Under the pieces are notes generated by a model. It had not been told where the DNA came from, searched no databases, and worked only from the letters and a program-made list of their open reading frames with translations. From Hyphomicrobiales bacterium (lineage in GTDB: Bacteria > Pseudomonadota > Alphaproteobacteria > Rhizobiales > Beijerinckiaceae): 64,000 nt of DNA. The DNA is taken from the NCBI GenBank assembly GCA_019247605.1, contig JAFBAS010000048.1, positions 2,843 through 66,842 on the forward strand, given 5' to 3'. Shown here in pieces: positions 31,576 through 42,332 of this stretch (position 1 is the stretch's first letter; every line of letters begins with the position of its first letter). Made by a program: the position numbers and the translations under genes.

Positions 31576-31893
31576 ATGACGAAATCAAACCGGCGACCGC
31601 CCTGGGAACGTCCCAATCCGAGCAAGAGAAGCGGAAAGGCGCACACCAAGCTCTCGACCGCCGAAAAGGAAGAGGCCAAGAGCCGAGCGAAGCGCGCCGG
31701 ACGACGCTATCCGAATCTTGTGGACAACATGCAGGTCGCCGCCGAGCGCAATGAAAAAAGTGACGGCGGGCATCCGTTGCACCGCACGCAGCCCTCGGAG
31801 CATCCTCCGACAAATTATTCTCGGCTACGGATTAGAGCAGGCCTGAACCCGACCTCATACCAACTTATTAAAGCGGTGGAATTCGCACCGTAA
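31576..31893 (+). CDS. Small basic hypothetical protein with YPNLVDNM motif
   Basis: MTKSNRRPPWERPNP...AKSRAKRAGRRYPNLVDNM resembles a conserved uncharacterised bacterial protein; 3' extension overlaps the next gene's end. Confidence 0.6.
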   Translation: MTKSNRRPPWERPNPSKRSGKAHTKLSTAEKEEAKSRAKRAGRRYPNLVDNMQVAAERNEKSDGGHPLHRTQPSEHPPTNYSRLRIRAGLNPTSYQLIKAVEFAP

Positions 31894-33601
31894 GCACTGC
31901 GCAACGACCACCATCGAGCGCCGCGAGGCAGCGATCGATCGCATCGGGCACATCCTGCGGCAAGCGAACGCACTCCCCATAAGCGCCGAAGGCGCGTCCC
32001 ACATCCTCGAAGCGCCGCTCTTCCCCCTGTCGACCGCTATCGAGCCGGGAGAGGAACTTGTCGCTCGAAGCCGCCGCCCCCCTCGGATAAACCCGCATCA
32101 CCGAGGACTTCACCGCCTGCCAACCCCGATTGTCGAGAACGATCGTGAAGATCGGAAGCGCGTATTGCTGAGCCGTCGCGTAGACGGAGTCGGGCGCCGA
32201 AAAATGGAAGGAGCCGTCCCCGACGATCTGCACAACCCGGCGCTCAGGGCGCGCAAGCTTGATGCCGAGCGCCATGCCGCCGCTGTAGCCAAGACCGGCC
32301 CCGCCGAGACCGACATAGCTGCGCGGCTTGGTGCGCAGGATTTGGTCCTGCACGGCAAGCGTGTTGCGGATCGCTTCGTTGAGCACGATGTCGTCTTGCG
32401 AGAGCTTCGCGCTCAGGCACGCGCAAAGATAATCGGGCGAGATCGCGTCGGCTCCGCCAGTTTTCGCGGCCACGGCTTGCGCCTTTCGCTGGCGCGCTTC
32501 GTCTGCCTTCGCGAACCCGCCGACGCGCTTTGCAACCTTGCTTCGGTAGCCATCGTCGGCAAGCGCTCGTACGGCCTCGAGCACCTGATGAAGCACGATC
32601 GCGCAATCGCCTTCGACGCGCATGTCAGCGGCGAACCCCCACATCGGCAAATCGGCCTTGAGCGCGTCGATGTCGATTTGGATCCACCTCATCGCCCCGG
32701 CGAGAGGCGCAAATTTGGGAAGGAAAGGGACATCGACGTCGAGCAGGAGCCCGAGATCCGCCCCTTCCATGACGGCGACAGGATCGAAACCCGCAAAGCA
32801 CGGCGAATCATGGGGAATGCAAAGCTCGTGTGCGTTGTATTCCACGACCCGAATGCCGCATTCCCGAGCGAGAGCATCGAGGTGCGTAACCGCCTCGGGC
32901 TTGCGGCCCAGGTAAGCGGTAATTACGACCGGGTTCTCTGCTGCCATGAGCGCCTCGGCGATGGCCACGGCACGCGCAGGCTCGACGCCGCCACGCCGTA
33001 CCGGCCCGTATTTCGCCTCGGCAAAGCCGCCCGGATGGGGGTCTTCGATCGTTTCGGCCAACGTCTCGCGCGGCAGCATCATGAAGACGGGACCTTGCGG
33101 ATCGCTCTGCATGAAGGTGTGGCCGCGCCGCAGCGCTTCCTTGGCGACGACGCCGGACGGGAGGGAGTATTCCCATTTGACGAAAGGACGAACGATGCTC
33201 GCCATGTCGAAGGGGTCCTGCACGAAATGCACATAGGCATCGCGGGACCCGGGCAGCTCTCCGCGCATGGTATAGGGAGCGCGGCCGGCGAGCAGCATTA
33301 CCGGCAGGCGATAGCGCAAGAGGTTGCCGAGCGCCATCGAGGAATTCGCCGTGCCGGCATCGACATGCACGAGCACGGCTTGGCCTCGCCCCGTGGCGAG
33401 CGCATACCCGCCAGCCATGTGCACGGCGACGGTCTCATGCGGGCACAAGATGACGCGGGGATGCGGGCGACCCTCCTCTTCCCAACGTGCGAGCTCCTCG
33501 ATGATCGAGACGTGATCCGTGCCGAGATTGCCGAAGATGTACTCGATGCCGAGGTCGCAAAGGCCTTCGAGAAAGAAATGCGCCGCGGTTCGCTCACTCA
33601 T
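31868..33601 (-). CDS. Thiamine-diphosphate-dependent enzyme (ALS/benzoylformate decarboxylase-like)
   Basis: FGNLGTDH, CPHETVAVHMA, HVDAGTAN, GDGS...LDN ThDP motif. Confidence 0.9.
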   Translation of the reverse strand: MSERTAAHFFLEGLCDLGIEYIFGNLGTDHVSIIEELARWEEEGRPHPRVILCPHETVAVHMAGGYALATGRGQAVLVHVDAGTANSSMALGNLLRYRLPVMLLAGRAPYTMRGELPGSRDAYVHFVQDPFDMASIVRPFVKWEYSLPSGVVAKEALRRGHTFMQSDPQGPVFMMLPRETLAETIEDPHPGGFAEAKYGPVRRGGVEPARAVAIAEALMAAENPVVITAYLGRKPEAVTHLDALARECGIRVVEYNAHELCIPHDSPCFAGFDPVAVMEGADLGLLLDVDVPFLPKFAPLAGAMRWIQIDIDALKADLPMWGFAADMRVEGDCAIVLHQVLEAVRALADDGYRSKVAKRVGGFAKADEARQRKAQAVAAKTGGADAISPDYLCACLSAKLSQDDIVLNEAIRNTLAVQDQILRTKPRSYVGLGGAGLGYSGGMALGIKLARPERRVVQIVGDGSFHFSAPDSVYATAQQYALPIFTIVLDNRGWQAVKSSVMRVYPRGAAASSDKFLSRLDSGRQGEERRFEDVGRAFGAYGECVRLPQDVPDAIDRCLAALDGGRCAVLTVRIPPL

Positions 33602-33643
33602 GAATGCCTCTGATGATCGCGGTCGGCCGCCGGATTTCGCGGT

Positions 33644-34888
33644 TCACGCTCCTGTGCGTCGCGCGGACGCCGGTGTCTTGGCCGAAACCTCCATCGAGGT
33701 GAGAAGGCGAGGTGCCGTCTCCCTTACCCTGAGGATCGAACCGGCGACCATAATTTGCGCGACCGCGGCCAAGCCGAGAACCGGGCCGAACCCGATCTGA
33801 TCCGAGAGTACACCCCCGATCAGCGGCATGAGTGTGGTGCCGATGAGCACGCCGAAGAAATTGGTCATGCCGAGCGCTGCGCCGCGGATGTCATCCGAGA
33901 CCATCTCGCTCACGCAAGTGGCGAGCACGATCGGCAAGAGGCCAAATCCGCAAAACCCGCATATGCCGGCGAGGATGCGCATCGACCAGATTTCGTAGCC
34001 GCCGAGGATATAGAGCGCGAGCGCCGCTGCGCTCACGCCCGCGCTCACGAATGCCGCGGGCCGCCTGCCGAAATGCTCGGATGCGAAAGGAATGAGGATT
34101 TGACCGGCCGCGCCGGAAAAACCCCAGATCGACGCAATGATGCCGACCTCCGCAAAGCTGAATCCGCGTATCTTCGTCAGGAAGAGCGGGTTGAAGCCGA
34201 CGAAAATCTGAAGCCAGGTGAGCGCGGCACAACCGGCGATCGTGACGGCGATGATCGAAGGGTCTTTCAACAGGCCGAGCGCGCGCCGCCAATCGGCCTG
34301 CGTCTCGTGCTTTTGCGGTTCGCGCATGAATGCGAAAAGAGCGACGAGGATGACGAGCGTCACCGCGCCAATGACCGGGAAGACGAGGCGCCAGCCCCAA
34401 AGCGAGGTGAGCCAGGTGATGATGTAGCTGCCGACCCCAACGCCGATGAGGGTGTAGCCGACCGTGAACACACCCTGATTGATGCCTCTTCGGGAGGGCG
34501 CGGATTCCTCGTTGATGGTCGCTTGCCCGACCGCCCAACCCACGCCATCGCCAATGCCGAGAAGGTCCCGAACGATGAACATGGAAAGGAAATCCCACGC
34601 GCCGCCCATGGCGCCCGTCATGAGACCGACGAAGCCGACGGCAGGCAGGAGGACACGCCGGCGCCCATGGCGATCGGAGAGAAAGCCCCCGATCCAGCTC
34701 GAGATTGCCCAGGTGATCGATGTGCCGGAGATGAGAAGCCCGACTTGCCACCCCACAAGGTGAAACTCGGGCACGATCAAGGGAAAGATCAAGCCGATGC
34801 TGAAACGATTGAGGCCGACGCAACCCCAAAAGAGCGCAAGCAAGGCCACGATCGTGAGCTCGTAACGGGCGAGCTTACCCACCGGCAT
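33644..34888 (-). CDS. MFS transporter
   Basis: About 12 TM segments; GFLSDRHGRR motif A; SEHFGRR repeat. Confidence 0.92.
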   Translation of the reverse strand: MPVGKLARYELTIVALLALFWGCVGLNRFSIGLIFPLIVPEFHLVGWQVGLLISGTSITWAISSWIGGFLSDRHGRRRVLLPAVGFVGLMTGAMGGAWDFLSMFIVRDLLGIGDGVGWAVGQATINEESAPSRRGINQGVFTVGYTLIGVGVGSYIITWLTSLWGWRLVFPVIGAVTLVILVALFAFMREPQKHETQADWRRALGLLKDPSIIAVTIAGCAALTWLQIFVGFNPLFLTKIRGFSFAEVGIIASIWGFSGAAGQILIPFASEHFGRRPAAFVSAGVSAAALALYILGGYEIWSMRILAGICGFCGFGLLPIVLATCVSEMVSDDIRGAALGMTNFFGVLIGTTLMPLIGGVLSDQIGFGPVLGLAAVAQIMVAGSILRVRETAPRLLTSMEVSAKTPASARRTGA

Positions 34889-35156
34889 CGCTCAAATCCT
34901 CTCTTCCGGTGAACCTGCGCCTCGTTGCGAGAGCCGAATTAGCATTGCTTATCGTCTCGTCGGATTCAGGATCAAATCGCCTCCGTTTCGACGTGCGCGG
35001 GGCGTCGATCCTCAAGCCGATCGATCTTCCGGCGCGCGAAATTGACACAAGGTCGGTGAGGGGTAAAGGTCGGGGGCGCAAGGGGATCGCCCCCATGAGC
35101 AAGTCACCGGTCATGACGCGCTGCGCGAATTAGGCCTGAAGGGCAGCAAGCGAGAG

Positions 35157-36419
35157 ATGAAATCGGAAATCGGCCCGCTTGCGATCGTCGGGGGAGGAAT
35201 TTGCGGCCTCAAGCTCGCGCTCGATCTTGCCGAGCGAGGCATAGAGTGCAACGTCTACGAGCGTGCGCCGCGGATCAAGGAGCTCGGCGTCGGCATCACG
35301 GTGCTGCCGCACGGCATGCGGGAATTTGCGGCGCTCGGCCTTTCCGAAAAGCTCTTGGCCCGGGGCATCGAGAATCGCGAAAGCTGCTTCTTCAACCGCT
35401 TCGGACAGCTCATCTACAAAGAGCCGCGCGGCAAATTCGCGGGAAATGCCTTCGCGGAAGTCGGCCTGCATCGCGGACACCTCCACAAAACGCTTTTCGA
35501 TGCCGCGTGCCAGCGCCTTGGGCCGGACCGCATTCTCACGGACCGCGATTGCCTCGCAGTCGAACAGGACGACGAGGGCGTCACGCTTCACTTCCGCGAG
35601 ACCTCGACCGGGCGCGCGCTCGAGCCGATGCGCGCCTGCGCCCTGATTGCATGCGACGGCGTGAACTCGACCGTGCGCAAGAGCTTCTACCCCGATGAAA
35701 GCCTCGCCTTTGCGGGGATCAACACCTGGCGCGGCGTCACGCGCCACAAGCCGATCCTCGGCGGGCGCACCTATATGCGGATCGGCTCGATCCTTACGGG
35801 CAAGATCGTCATCTACCCCATCGTCGATGATGTCGACGGCTCGGGCAATCAGCTCATCAATTGGACGACCGAGATCAAGAGCTCGAGCTTCGAGAAGAAC
35901 GACTGGAACACGCCCGGCAAACTCGACGATTTCATCCATCTCTACGAGAGCTTCCGTTTCGATTGGCTCGACGTCCCGGACATGATCCGCCGCTCGGACG
36001 TGCTTCTCGAATACCCGATGGTCGACAAGGATCCGGTTGCACGATGGAGCTTCGGGCGCGTGACGTTCGCGGGCGACGCGGCGCACCCGATGTACCCACG
36101 CGGCTCGAACGGATCGGCGCAAGCCGTGATCGATGCGCGCGTCCTTGCCGATGGCTTGGCCCGCGATCCGGATCCGGTGACCGCGTTCAAGGCTTACGAG
36201 GCGGAGCGAAGCGAGGCGACCGCGAAAGTGGTGCGCACCAACCGCGAGCACCCGCCGGATTTCATCAACATCAAGGTCGAGGAGCTCGTGGGTGACCGAC
36301 CCTTCGTCAACCTCGACGACTACATCACCCAAGACGAGCTGCGGGCGCTCTCGGAGAATTACAAACGGATCGCCGGATTTTCGGTCAGCGACCCGCGTGA
36401 GATACGCGCCAATGACTGA
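35157..36419 (+). CDS. Group A flavin-dependent monooxygenase
   Basis: GGGICG, ELGVGI, IACDGVNS, GDAAHPMYPRGSNG fingerprints. Confidence 0.92.
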   Translation: MKSEIGPLAIVGGGICGLKLALDLAERGIECNVYERAPRIKELGVGITVLPHGMREFAALGLSEKLLARGIENRESCFFNRFGQLIYKEPRGKFAGNAFAEVGLHRGHLHKTLFDAACQRLGPDRILTDRDCLAVEQDDEGVTLHFRETSTGRALEPMRACALIACDGVNSTVRKSFYPDESLAFAGINTWRGVTRHKPILGGRTYMRIGSILTGKIVIYPIVDDVDGSGNQLINWTTEIKSSSFEKNDWNTPGKLDDFIHLYESFRFDWLDVPDMIRRSDVLLEYPMVDKDPVARWSFGRVTFAGDAAHPMYPRGSNGSAQAVIDARVLADGLARDPDPVTAFKAYEAERSEATAKVVRTNREHPPDFINIKVEELVGDRPFVNLDDYITQDELRALSENYKRIAGFSVSDPREIRAND

Positions 36420-36456
36420 GATGTTGAGACAAACGCTTTGGCCAAGCCTCGCCGAA

Positions 36457-37233
36457 TCAACTCGCGTAATCCGGTTCCTCCTTGTCGAGGATGCGCCGCC
36501 AGGCGTCGAGATGGAGGCGCGCGTCGTAACGCTCGCTCCAAGCGCCGTTGTGGCGGCGGCGCAAGCGCTCCGGCAACGCGCGCAGGCTTTGCCCCGTCGA
36601 CATCGCGGTGACCTGATACATCGCGGTGCGCTCGGCGATGAACAGCTCATCGAAGGCATCATGCACGGTCGGGCCGACCACCGTGACGCCATGGCTTGCC
36701 ATGATCATGATCGTCTTCTCGCCCATGAGATCGGCGATCCGGTCGCCCTCGGAATTGTCGTCGACCGGCTCGTCGCCTTTCGTGTCGATCACGACGCGAT
36801 CGTTGAGCGCGAGGTTGTTGTGATGCGCCAAGGCGAATTCGGGCGTCTCGAGCATCGAGAGCGCGGTGAGATACTGCGGATGCACATGCAGCACGCAGGC
36901 TGCCGCCTTGTTGCGCAAATGGATGCGGGCGTGGATGTGGAAAGCGACCTTGCGAAGCTCGCCTGTCCCGCGCACCACGCGCCCATCGAGATCGCAGACG
37001 ATGAGGCTCGACGCGGTGAGCTCCTCGAAGCGAAAGCCGCGCGGATTGATGATGAAGAGCGGCGGATCGCCAGGCCGCGCTTGCGGCAGCATTAGCGAGT
37101 TGTGGTTGCCGATCTGCTCGTTCCAGCCATGGCGCGCGCTGATGCGAAAGACGGCCGCCATGTCGCAGCGAAGCCGCCACTCCTGCGTTTCGGCTTCCGT
37201 CGAGGACAGGGATTTGACGATGGCGGACATCAC
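36457..37233 (-). CDS. Class II aldolase/adducin family protein
   Basis: LRCDMAAVFR, INPRGFRFEELTASSL, HIHARIH, LHVHP, MASHGVTVVG. Confidence 0.88.
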   Translation of the reverse strand: MMSAIVKSLSSTEAETQEWRLRCDMAAVFRISARHGWNEQIGNHNSLMLPQARPGDPPLFIINPRGFRFEELTASSLIVCDLDGRVVRGTGELRKVAFHIHARIHLRNKAAACVLHVHPQYLTALSMLETPEFALAHHNNLALNDRVVIDTKGDEPVDDNSEGDRIADLMGEKTIMIMASHGVTVVGPTVHDAFDELFIAERTAMYQVTAMSTGQSLRALPERLRRRHNGAWSERYDARLHLDAWRRILDKEEPDYAS

Positions 37234-39518
37234 GACCTCGCTGAAGCGGTGGGCTCTAACGAGGCATCATGGGCTGGCACATCCGCCTTGCCAAGGTTTC
37301 TCGCATCCTTTTCGTTGGGATTTGCCGCGCTGAACCGGCGAACCACATTCTCGAGAAGGCGCGACACGGGCCCCTCGAATCCCTTGCGCCACAAGCTTCC
37401 ACAAAAGGTGATCGAGCCGACGGAGAAGACGGCCCCGCCCGAGGGTGTGTCGAAATAGACGATCTCGGCCCGTTTGAGCTCGTTTGGCGGCTCGCCGGAG
37501 ACGGTGTGGAGATGCGACAAGAGCTCTTCGGGCACCGTGACGAAGGAGGCAGGCGGGTCCTGCGAGCGCGCGAGGATCACCGCATTTTCAGGCGTGCCGA
37601 GGCGCTTGTCGGCGCGGTCCATCTCGAAGCCCGCAGCACCTCCGCCCGAGAGGCCGTAATCCCCGATGATCTCTTCCTCGATGCCTTCGAAGATCCAGGC
37701 ATGCGCCGGATCGCGCGAGGCTGGCAAGCGCCGATAGTGCGTGCCTTCGAAAAGCCCCTGCCCCGAAAAGCCCACACCCGCGAGCATTTGCGGCGGGCGC
37801 CGATTGCGCCGCCACAAACCGCCGAACTCGCCGTCGAGCGCGTGGTAATATTCGCCCGGATCGGCAGCCCAAGCCCGAATGCCACCTTCGGCCCGGCGAA
37901 TCTCGATCACATGCGGCATCGCTTGCGTGCGGGCGATGCGCCAGTAGAACCCGTTGCCGCCGAGATAGGCGAGCCTGCCTCCAGAGCGCGTGTAGTTCTG
38001 CAGTGCGTCCAGCGTGCGCAGCGTGTGGTATTCGGGATGCGACCCCGTCAGCACGCAGCGGTAAGGCGCGATGAGCTTTTCGCCTTCGTCATCGAGGTCC
38101 TCATCCGTGACGACATCGAAGTGAAAGCCTTTCTCCTCGAGCCAGGCGAGGATATGCGTATCGGCGGGGAAATGACGCAGCCCCGAGCCCCGCGCATCGT
38201 TGAAGGTGAGGAAGCCCGGCCGCATGGTGAGGATCGGTCTTCGTCGTGAAGAGAAACCGATCCCGGACCCATCGGCGTGGCGGTTATATGTGGAGGTGCC
38301 ATAAATGGGGTGCTGGTCCGGGTTGTGCGGATAAGCGCCCCAATCGGCGACGCGCCGCTGATACGCCTCATCCGCATTGCCACGCGCATGATTGGCGTAA
38401 GCCTGATAGGTGAAGGTGGAGGCCAGGAACGCGATCGGGGCGAAGGGCCCCTCCCGAGGCGGCAAGACATAGAAGGGTAGCCAATCCTCGCCCGCGTCGC
38501 ACACGAGATGAAATGCGTAAGCGCCGCTCTTGAGGCCCGCTGGAACGGTCCAGGTGAAGCTCGGCTCCCAGCCGCAATCTTCGAGATCATCGTCGTGGAA
38601 GTGGATGGCGCCATAATCGCCGGGCGCGTGTCGCCAGCACATCTCGTGACCGCTCCATCGCGCACCGACAACGGCGCGCGTCGGCAGATTGACGAGCCGG
38701 CCATGGCACCCCTGCGGCCCGACATCGGTGATCTGCTGCGAGTCGATACCGAGCGAGAAATCCCACCCGGCGAGAAGCTCGGCGCCAAGCTCCTTCATCG
38801 GAGCCAATGGGCGAGCAAAGCCCTCGACAAAACCACCCAGGATGGCCGGATCCTCGATCTTGCCGGTGAAATGACGAAAAGGCGCCTCTGCGCGCTCAGC
38901 CGCAATGAGCACAATGCCTTTCGAAGGGAAGGCGAACTCGCGTTCCTGCGCTCTTGCGAGGGCGGGCGAGGTCTGATTGACGCCCTGTTGCCCGAGGACC
39001 ACGCGTCCCGTGGGAGGATCGAGGGCGAGCCACAAGCGATACCATTGCCCTTCCCTGATCGGTGTCTCGACACACAGCCGGAGCGTGCGTTTATCGCTCG
39101 TGGTCAATCGCGCCTCGGCGCCGCTTCGGCCGACCGACAGCACGAGCGCGCCCACCTCGCCTTCCATCGCAAGGACAGCCTTGGCCTCGGCATCGCGAGA
39201 TAGCGGCGCGCGAAGCTGCACGAGCGCGCTCAAGATGAGAGGATGACGAGGATCGCGCTCGGGACCTTTTTCGATCAAGGCATAGGACCCGAGGCTGACT
39301 GGCTGGGGCCAACCATCGAAGCTTGCCGCGAAGACACTCGACAAATCCTCAAACCGCATTCCCGGACCGGCCGGATTCGGATCACCGCTGATGACGCGCA
39401 AGAGCCGCGCTTCGTAAGTGGCATGCTCGCGCAGGCTCACATGAGCGATGAATTCCTCGCCGGGTCGGTGTGAGAAGCGATCGAGATATCCGGTGATCGG
39501 GAGGACGGCGGTGTTCAT
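37230..39518 (-). CDS. N,N-dimethylformamidase large (beta) subunit family protein
   Basis: TFTYQAYANH, STYNRHADGSG, LTGSHPEY, YLGGNGFYW, VFSVGSITFCGSL; ATG at 39518. Confidence 0.9.
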   Translation of the reverse strand: MNTAVLPITGYLDRFSHRPGEEFIAHVSLREHATYEARLLRVISGDPNPAGPGMRFEDLSSVFAASFDGWPQPVSLGSYALIEKGPERDPRHPLILSALVQLRAPLSRDAEAKAVLAMEGEVGALVLSVGRSGAEARLTTSDKRTLRLCVETPIREGQWYRLWLALDPPTGRVVLGQQGVNQTSPALARAQEREFAFPSKGIVLIAAERAEAPFRHFTGKIEDPAILGGFVEGFARPLAPMKELGAELLAGWDFSLGIDSQQITDVGPQGCHGRLVNLPTRAVVGARWSGHEMCWRHAPGDYGAIHFHDDDLEDCGWEPSFTWTVPAGLKSGAYAFHLVCDAGEDWLPFYVLPPREGPFAPIAFLASTFTYQAYANHARGNADEAYQRRVADWGAYPHNPDQHPIYGTSTYNRHADGSGIGFSSRRRPILTMRPGFLTFNDARGSGLRHFPADTHILAWLEEKGFHFDVVTDEDLDDEGEKLIAPYRCVLTGSHPEYHTLRTLDALQNYTRSGGRLAYLGGNGFYWRIARTQAMPHVIEIRRAEGGIRAWAADPGEYYHALDGEFGGLWRRNRRPPQMLAGVGFSGQGLFEGTHYRRLPASRDPAHAWIFEGIEEEIIGDYGLSGGGAAGFEMDRADKRLGTPENAVILARSQDPPASFVTVPEELLSHLHTVSGEPPNELKRAEIVYFDTPSGGAVFSVGSITFCGSLWRKGFEGPVSRLLENVVRRFSAANPNEKDARNLGKADVPAHDASLEPTASARS

Positions 39519-39678
39519 CTGGCGCTCTTCGATGGGCTGGGCATGGCAATCGGCGCGAACGGGGTGCTTCATCGCTGGTCGAAAGCTTTAGGCGAGAGTG
39601 CGGTCGCACGCAAAACTTGACCGCGGGCGGGCGTGTCCTTCAGACTTCGCCTCGACTCCAAAACCCGAAGCGCTGGAG

Positions 39679-41253
39679 ATGACCATGGCAGCAAGGCTTT
39701 TGACGCCGATCGTCCTCTTGGCAGGCCTCACGGTTGGGGTCCCTTCCCAGGCCGCTCCATTCAAATGCCCCCATGTCGGTGGCGACTTCGTTTTCGGCCA
39801 GGAGGCGAACGTCAACAGCCTCGACCAGATGACTTCCTCGACGATCTCCACGCGCAATGTCGCGATGAACATCTTCGAGACGCTGATGACGCGCGACGAG
39901 AACAACCGCCCGATCCTCGACCTCGCCGCCTCAATGGAGGAATCCCCGGACCATTTGACCTACGCGTTCAAGCTTCGCGAGGGGATCAAATTTCATAACG
40001 GAAAGCCGCTGACCTCGGCCGATGTCGCTGCCTCTTTCGAGCGCTACAACAAGGTCGGCTTGATCCGTTCCATGCTCGCGAATGTCGATCATTGGGACGC
40101 GCCCGATCCGCAAAGCTTCGTCGTGCATATGAAAAAGGCACAGCCGACCTTCATCGATCAATTGAGCTCGTTCAGCGTGCCGATCGTCATCTTTCCGGCC
40201 GAGGAAAAGGACACGCCGCCCCAACAGCTCAAGGCGATCGGGACCGGCCCCTGGGAGCTCGTCGAGTTCGTGCCGGGGAGCTTCGTCAAGCTGAAGCGCT
40301 ACGAAGGATATGCGCCGAACGCGAGCTTCGAGGATCGCACCGGGTTTGGCGGCTACAAGCAGGCCTGTTTCGACACGGTGATCTTTCGCATCGTCACCGA
40401 GCCGGGAGCACGCGTCGCAGGCCTGAAGACAGGTGAGCTCAGCGCGGTCGAGGACGTGCCCACAAAGGCCATTGCCGATCTGAAGAGCGACAAGAACATT
40501 ACGCTCCTGCCCTTGAACAATTGGTGGATCCAGATCGCGCTGCCGAACGCTTCGAGGCCGCCGACCGACAACCTCGACTTCCGCAAGGCGGTGCAATCCG
40601 CGCTCGACATGGACGAAATCATGGATGCGGCGTCCGACGGCAATTACAAGCTCAATGTCGGCTTCCAATATCCCAACCAGCCGACCTATACCGACGCCGG
40701 CAAGGAGACCTACAACCTGCATGATGAGGCGCTCGCCAAAAAATATTTGGAGAAATCCGGCTACAAGGGCGAAACGGTCGTTCTTCTCACCAATCAGGAC
40801 TACGCGCCGATGTACAATTCGGCACTCGTCATGCAGCAGCAATTGCAGGCGATCGGCATCAAGGCCGAGCTCAAGGTCACGGACTGGCCGACCTCGGTGA
40901 ACATGGCTCTCAAGCCCGACACGGGCTGGAACTTCTTCTACACGGGCTGGGGCACGCAGCCGGCACTCGGGCCTCTCGACACGATGGCATTCCTCGCGCC
41001 CCCGTCTTCGCTCTACATGCCGAAGGACGGCAAGGACGATCCCGATCTTGTCGCCGACTGGAACGACATGAACGCCAAACCCACCGCCGAAGCACGCCAA
41101 GAAGCCTTCGCGCGCACTCAAAAACTCGTGCTCGAGCGCGTTTATGCCTTGCCTTTCGGCTCGTTCACCAAGGTCCAGGCGACGCGCGCCAATGTGCAAG
41201 GCTTCAAGCCGTTCCGTATTCCGCGCATGTCGAATGTATGGTTCTCGAATTGA
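39679..41253 (+). CDS. Peptide/nickel ABC substrate-binding protein (family 5)
   Basis: Signal peptide, FETLMTRD, KLREGIKFHNG.PLTSADV, IGTGPW. Confidence 0.92.
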   Translation: MTMAARLLTPIVLLAGLTVGVPSQAAPFKCPHVGGDFVFGQEANVNSLDQMTSSTISTRNVAMNIFETLMTRDENNRPILDLAASMEESPDHLTYAFKLREGIKFHNGKPLTSADVAASFERYNKVGLIRSMLANVDHWDAPDPQSFVVHMKKAQPTFIDQLSSFSVPIVIFPAEEKDTPPQQLKAIGTGPWELVEFVPGSFVKLKRYEGYAPNASFEDRTGFGGYKQACFDTVIFRIVTEPGARVAGLKTGELSAVEDVPTKAIADLKSDKNITLLPLNNWWIQIALPNASRPPTDNLDFRKAVQSALDMDEIMDAASDGNYKLNVGFQYPNQPTYTDAGKETYNLHDEALAKKYLEKSGYKGETVVLLTNQDYAPMYNSALVMQQQLQAIGIKAELKVTDWPTSVNMALKPDTGWNFFYTGWGTQPALGPLDTMAFLAPPSSLYMPKDGKDDPDLVADWNDMNAKPTAEARQEAFARTQKLVLERVYALPFGSFTKVQATRANVQGFKPFRIPRMSNVWFSN

Positions 41254-41381
41254 GCCGATCGGCGTCCGTGGAACGCCGCTTTGCGTGAAGGAATGAGCGG
41301 CGGGCGAAGACCGCTGGGGCCGCCGCTCAGGCGCACGCCCTTGAAGAGCGATCATGGCGCATCAGGCAAACGAGGTCGGCC

Positions 41382-42332
41382 GTGACACGCCTCGTCCTGC
41401 GGCGCTTCGCGAGCGCCTTGCCCATCCTCTTGATGGTGAGCCTCATCACCTTCGCGCTGATGCGCCTTGTCCCCGGCGACCCTTCGGCCGTTATCGCAGG
41501 CTTGAGCGCCACGCCCGAGCAGATCGCCGCGATCCGTGCCGATCTCGGGCTCGACCAACCATGGCCGGTCCAGCTCTGGCGCTGGTACGCCGGGCTGTTG
41601 CATGGCGATCTCGGGCGATCGCTCCTCCTCGGTCAGCCGGTCGTCGAAGCGACTTTCCTGCGCCTGCCGGTGACCTTGGCGCTCTCCGCCTATGCGCTCG
41701 TCATCACGCTGCTCTTCGGCCTCATCGCGGGAATCATCGCCGCGCTTCGGCAAAACTCATGGGTGGACCAGGCGGCGATGCTGGCCGCCATGTTGGGAAT
41801 TTCCGTGCCGAGCTTCTGGCTCGGGCTGTTGATGATCCTCTTGTTTGCCGTCAATCTCCATTGGCTGCCGACCGGCGGCTATATCGCTTTCACCGACGAC
41901 CCGCTCGGCTGGTTGAGAACCTCGACGATGCCGGCGATATCGCTCGCGCTCCTGCAAGCTGGCTTGCTCGCCCGCATCACCCGCTCGACGATGCTCGAGG
42001 TGCTCCGCCAGGATTACATCCGCACCGCCCGCGCCAAGGGGCTCCCGCGCCATCTCGTCATTTTCAAGCATGCGCTCACCAACGCGCTGATCCCGATAAC
42101 GACGGTGATCGGGATCACGGTGAGCCTTCTCATCTCTGCTTCCGTCGTCACCGAAACCTTATTTTCGATCCCCGGCATCGGCCAATTGCTCACGCAGGCC
42201 GTGCTCAATCGCGACTATCCGATGGTGCAAGGCGGGCTGCTGATCGTCACAGCCCTGCTGGTGCTCGTGAACCTCATTGTGGATATCGGTTACGCGCTCC
42301 TCGATCCGCGAGTTCGGTATGACACCGCTTGA
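41382..42332 (+). CDS. Peptide ABC permease (DppB-like)
   Basis: RLVPGDP, LGLDQP, RSTMLEVLRQDYIRTARAKG, ETLFSIPGIG, RDYPMVQG. Confidence 0.94.
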   Translation: MTRLVLRRFASALPILLMVSLITFALMRLVPGDPSAVIAGLSATPEQIAAIRADLGLDQPWPVQLWRWYAGLLHGDLGRSLLLGQPVVEATFLRLPVTLALSAYALVITLLFGLIAGIIAALRQNSWVDQAAMLAAMLGISVPSFWLGLLMILLFAVNLHWLPTGGYIAFTDDPLGWLRTSTMPAISLALLQAGLLARITRSTMLEVLRQDYIRTARAKGLPRHLVIFKHALTNALIPITTVIGITVSLLISASVVTETLFSIPGIGQLLTQAVLNRDYPMVQGGLLIVTALLVLVNLIVDIGYALLDPRVRYDTA

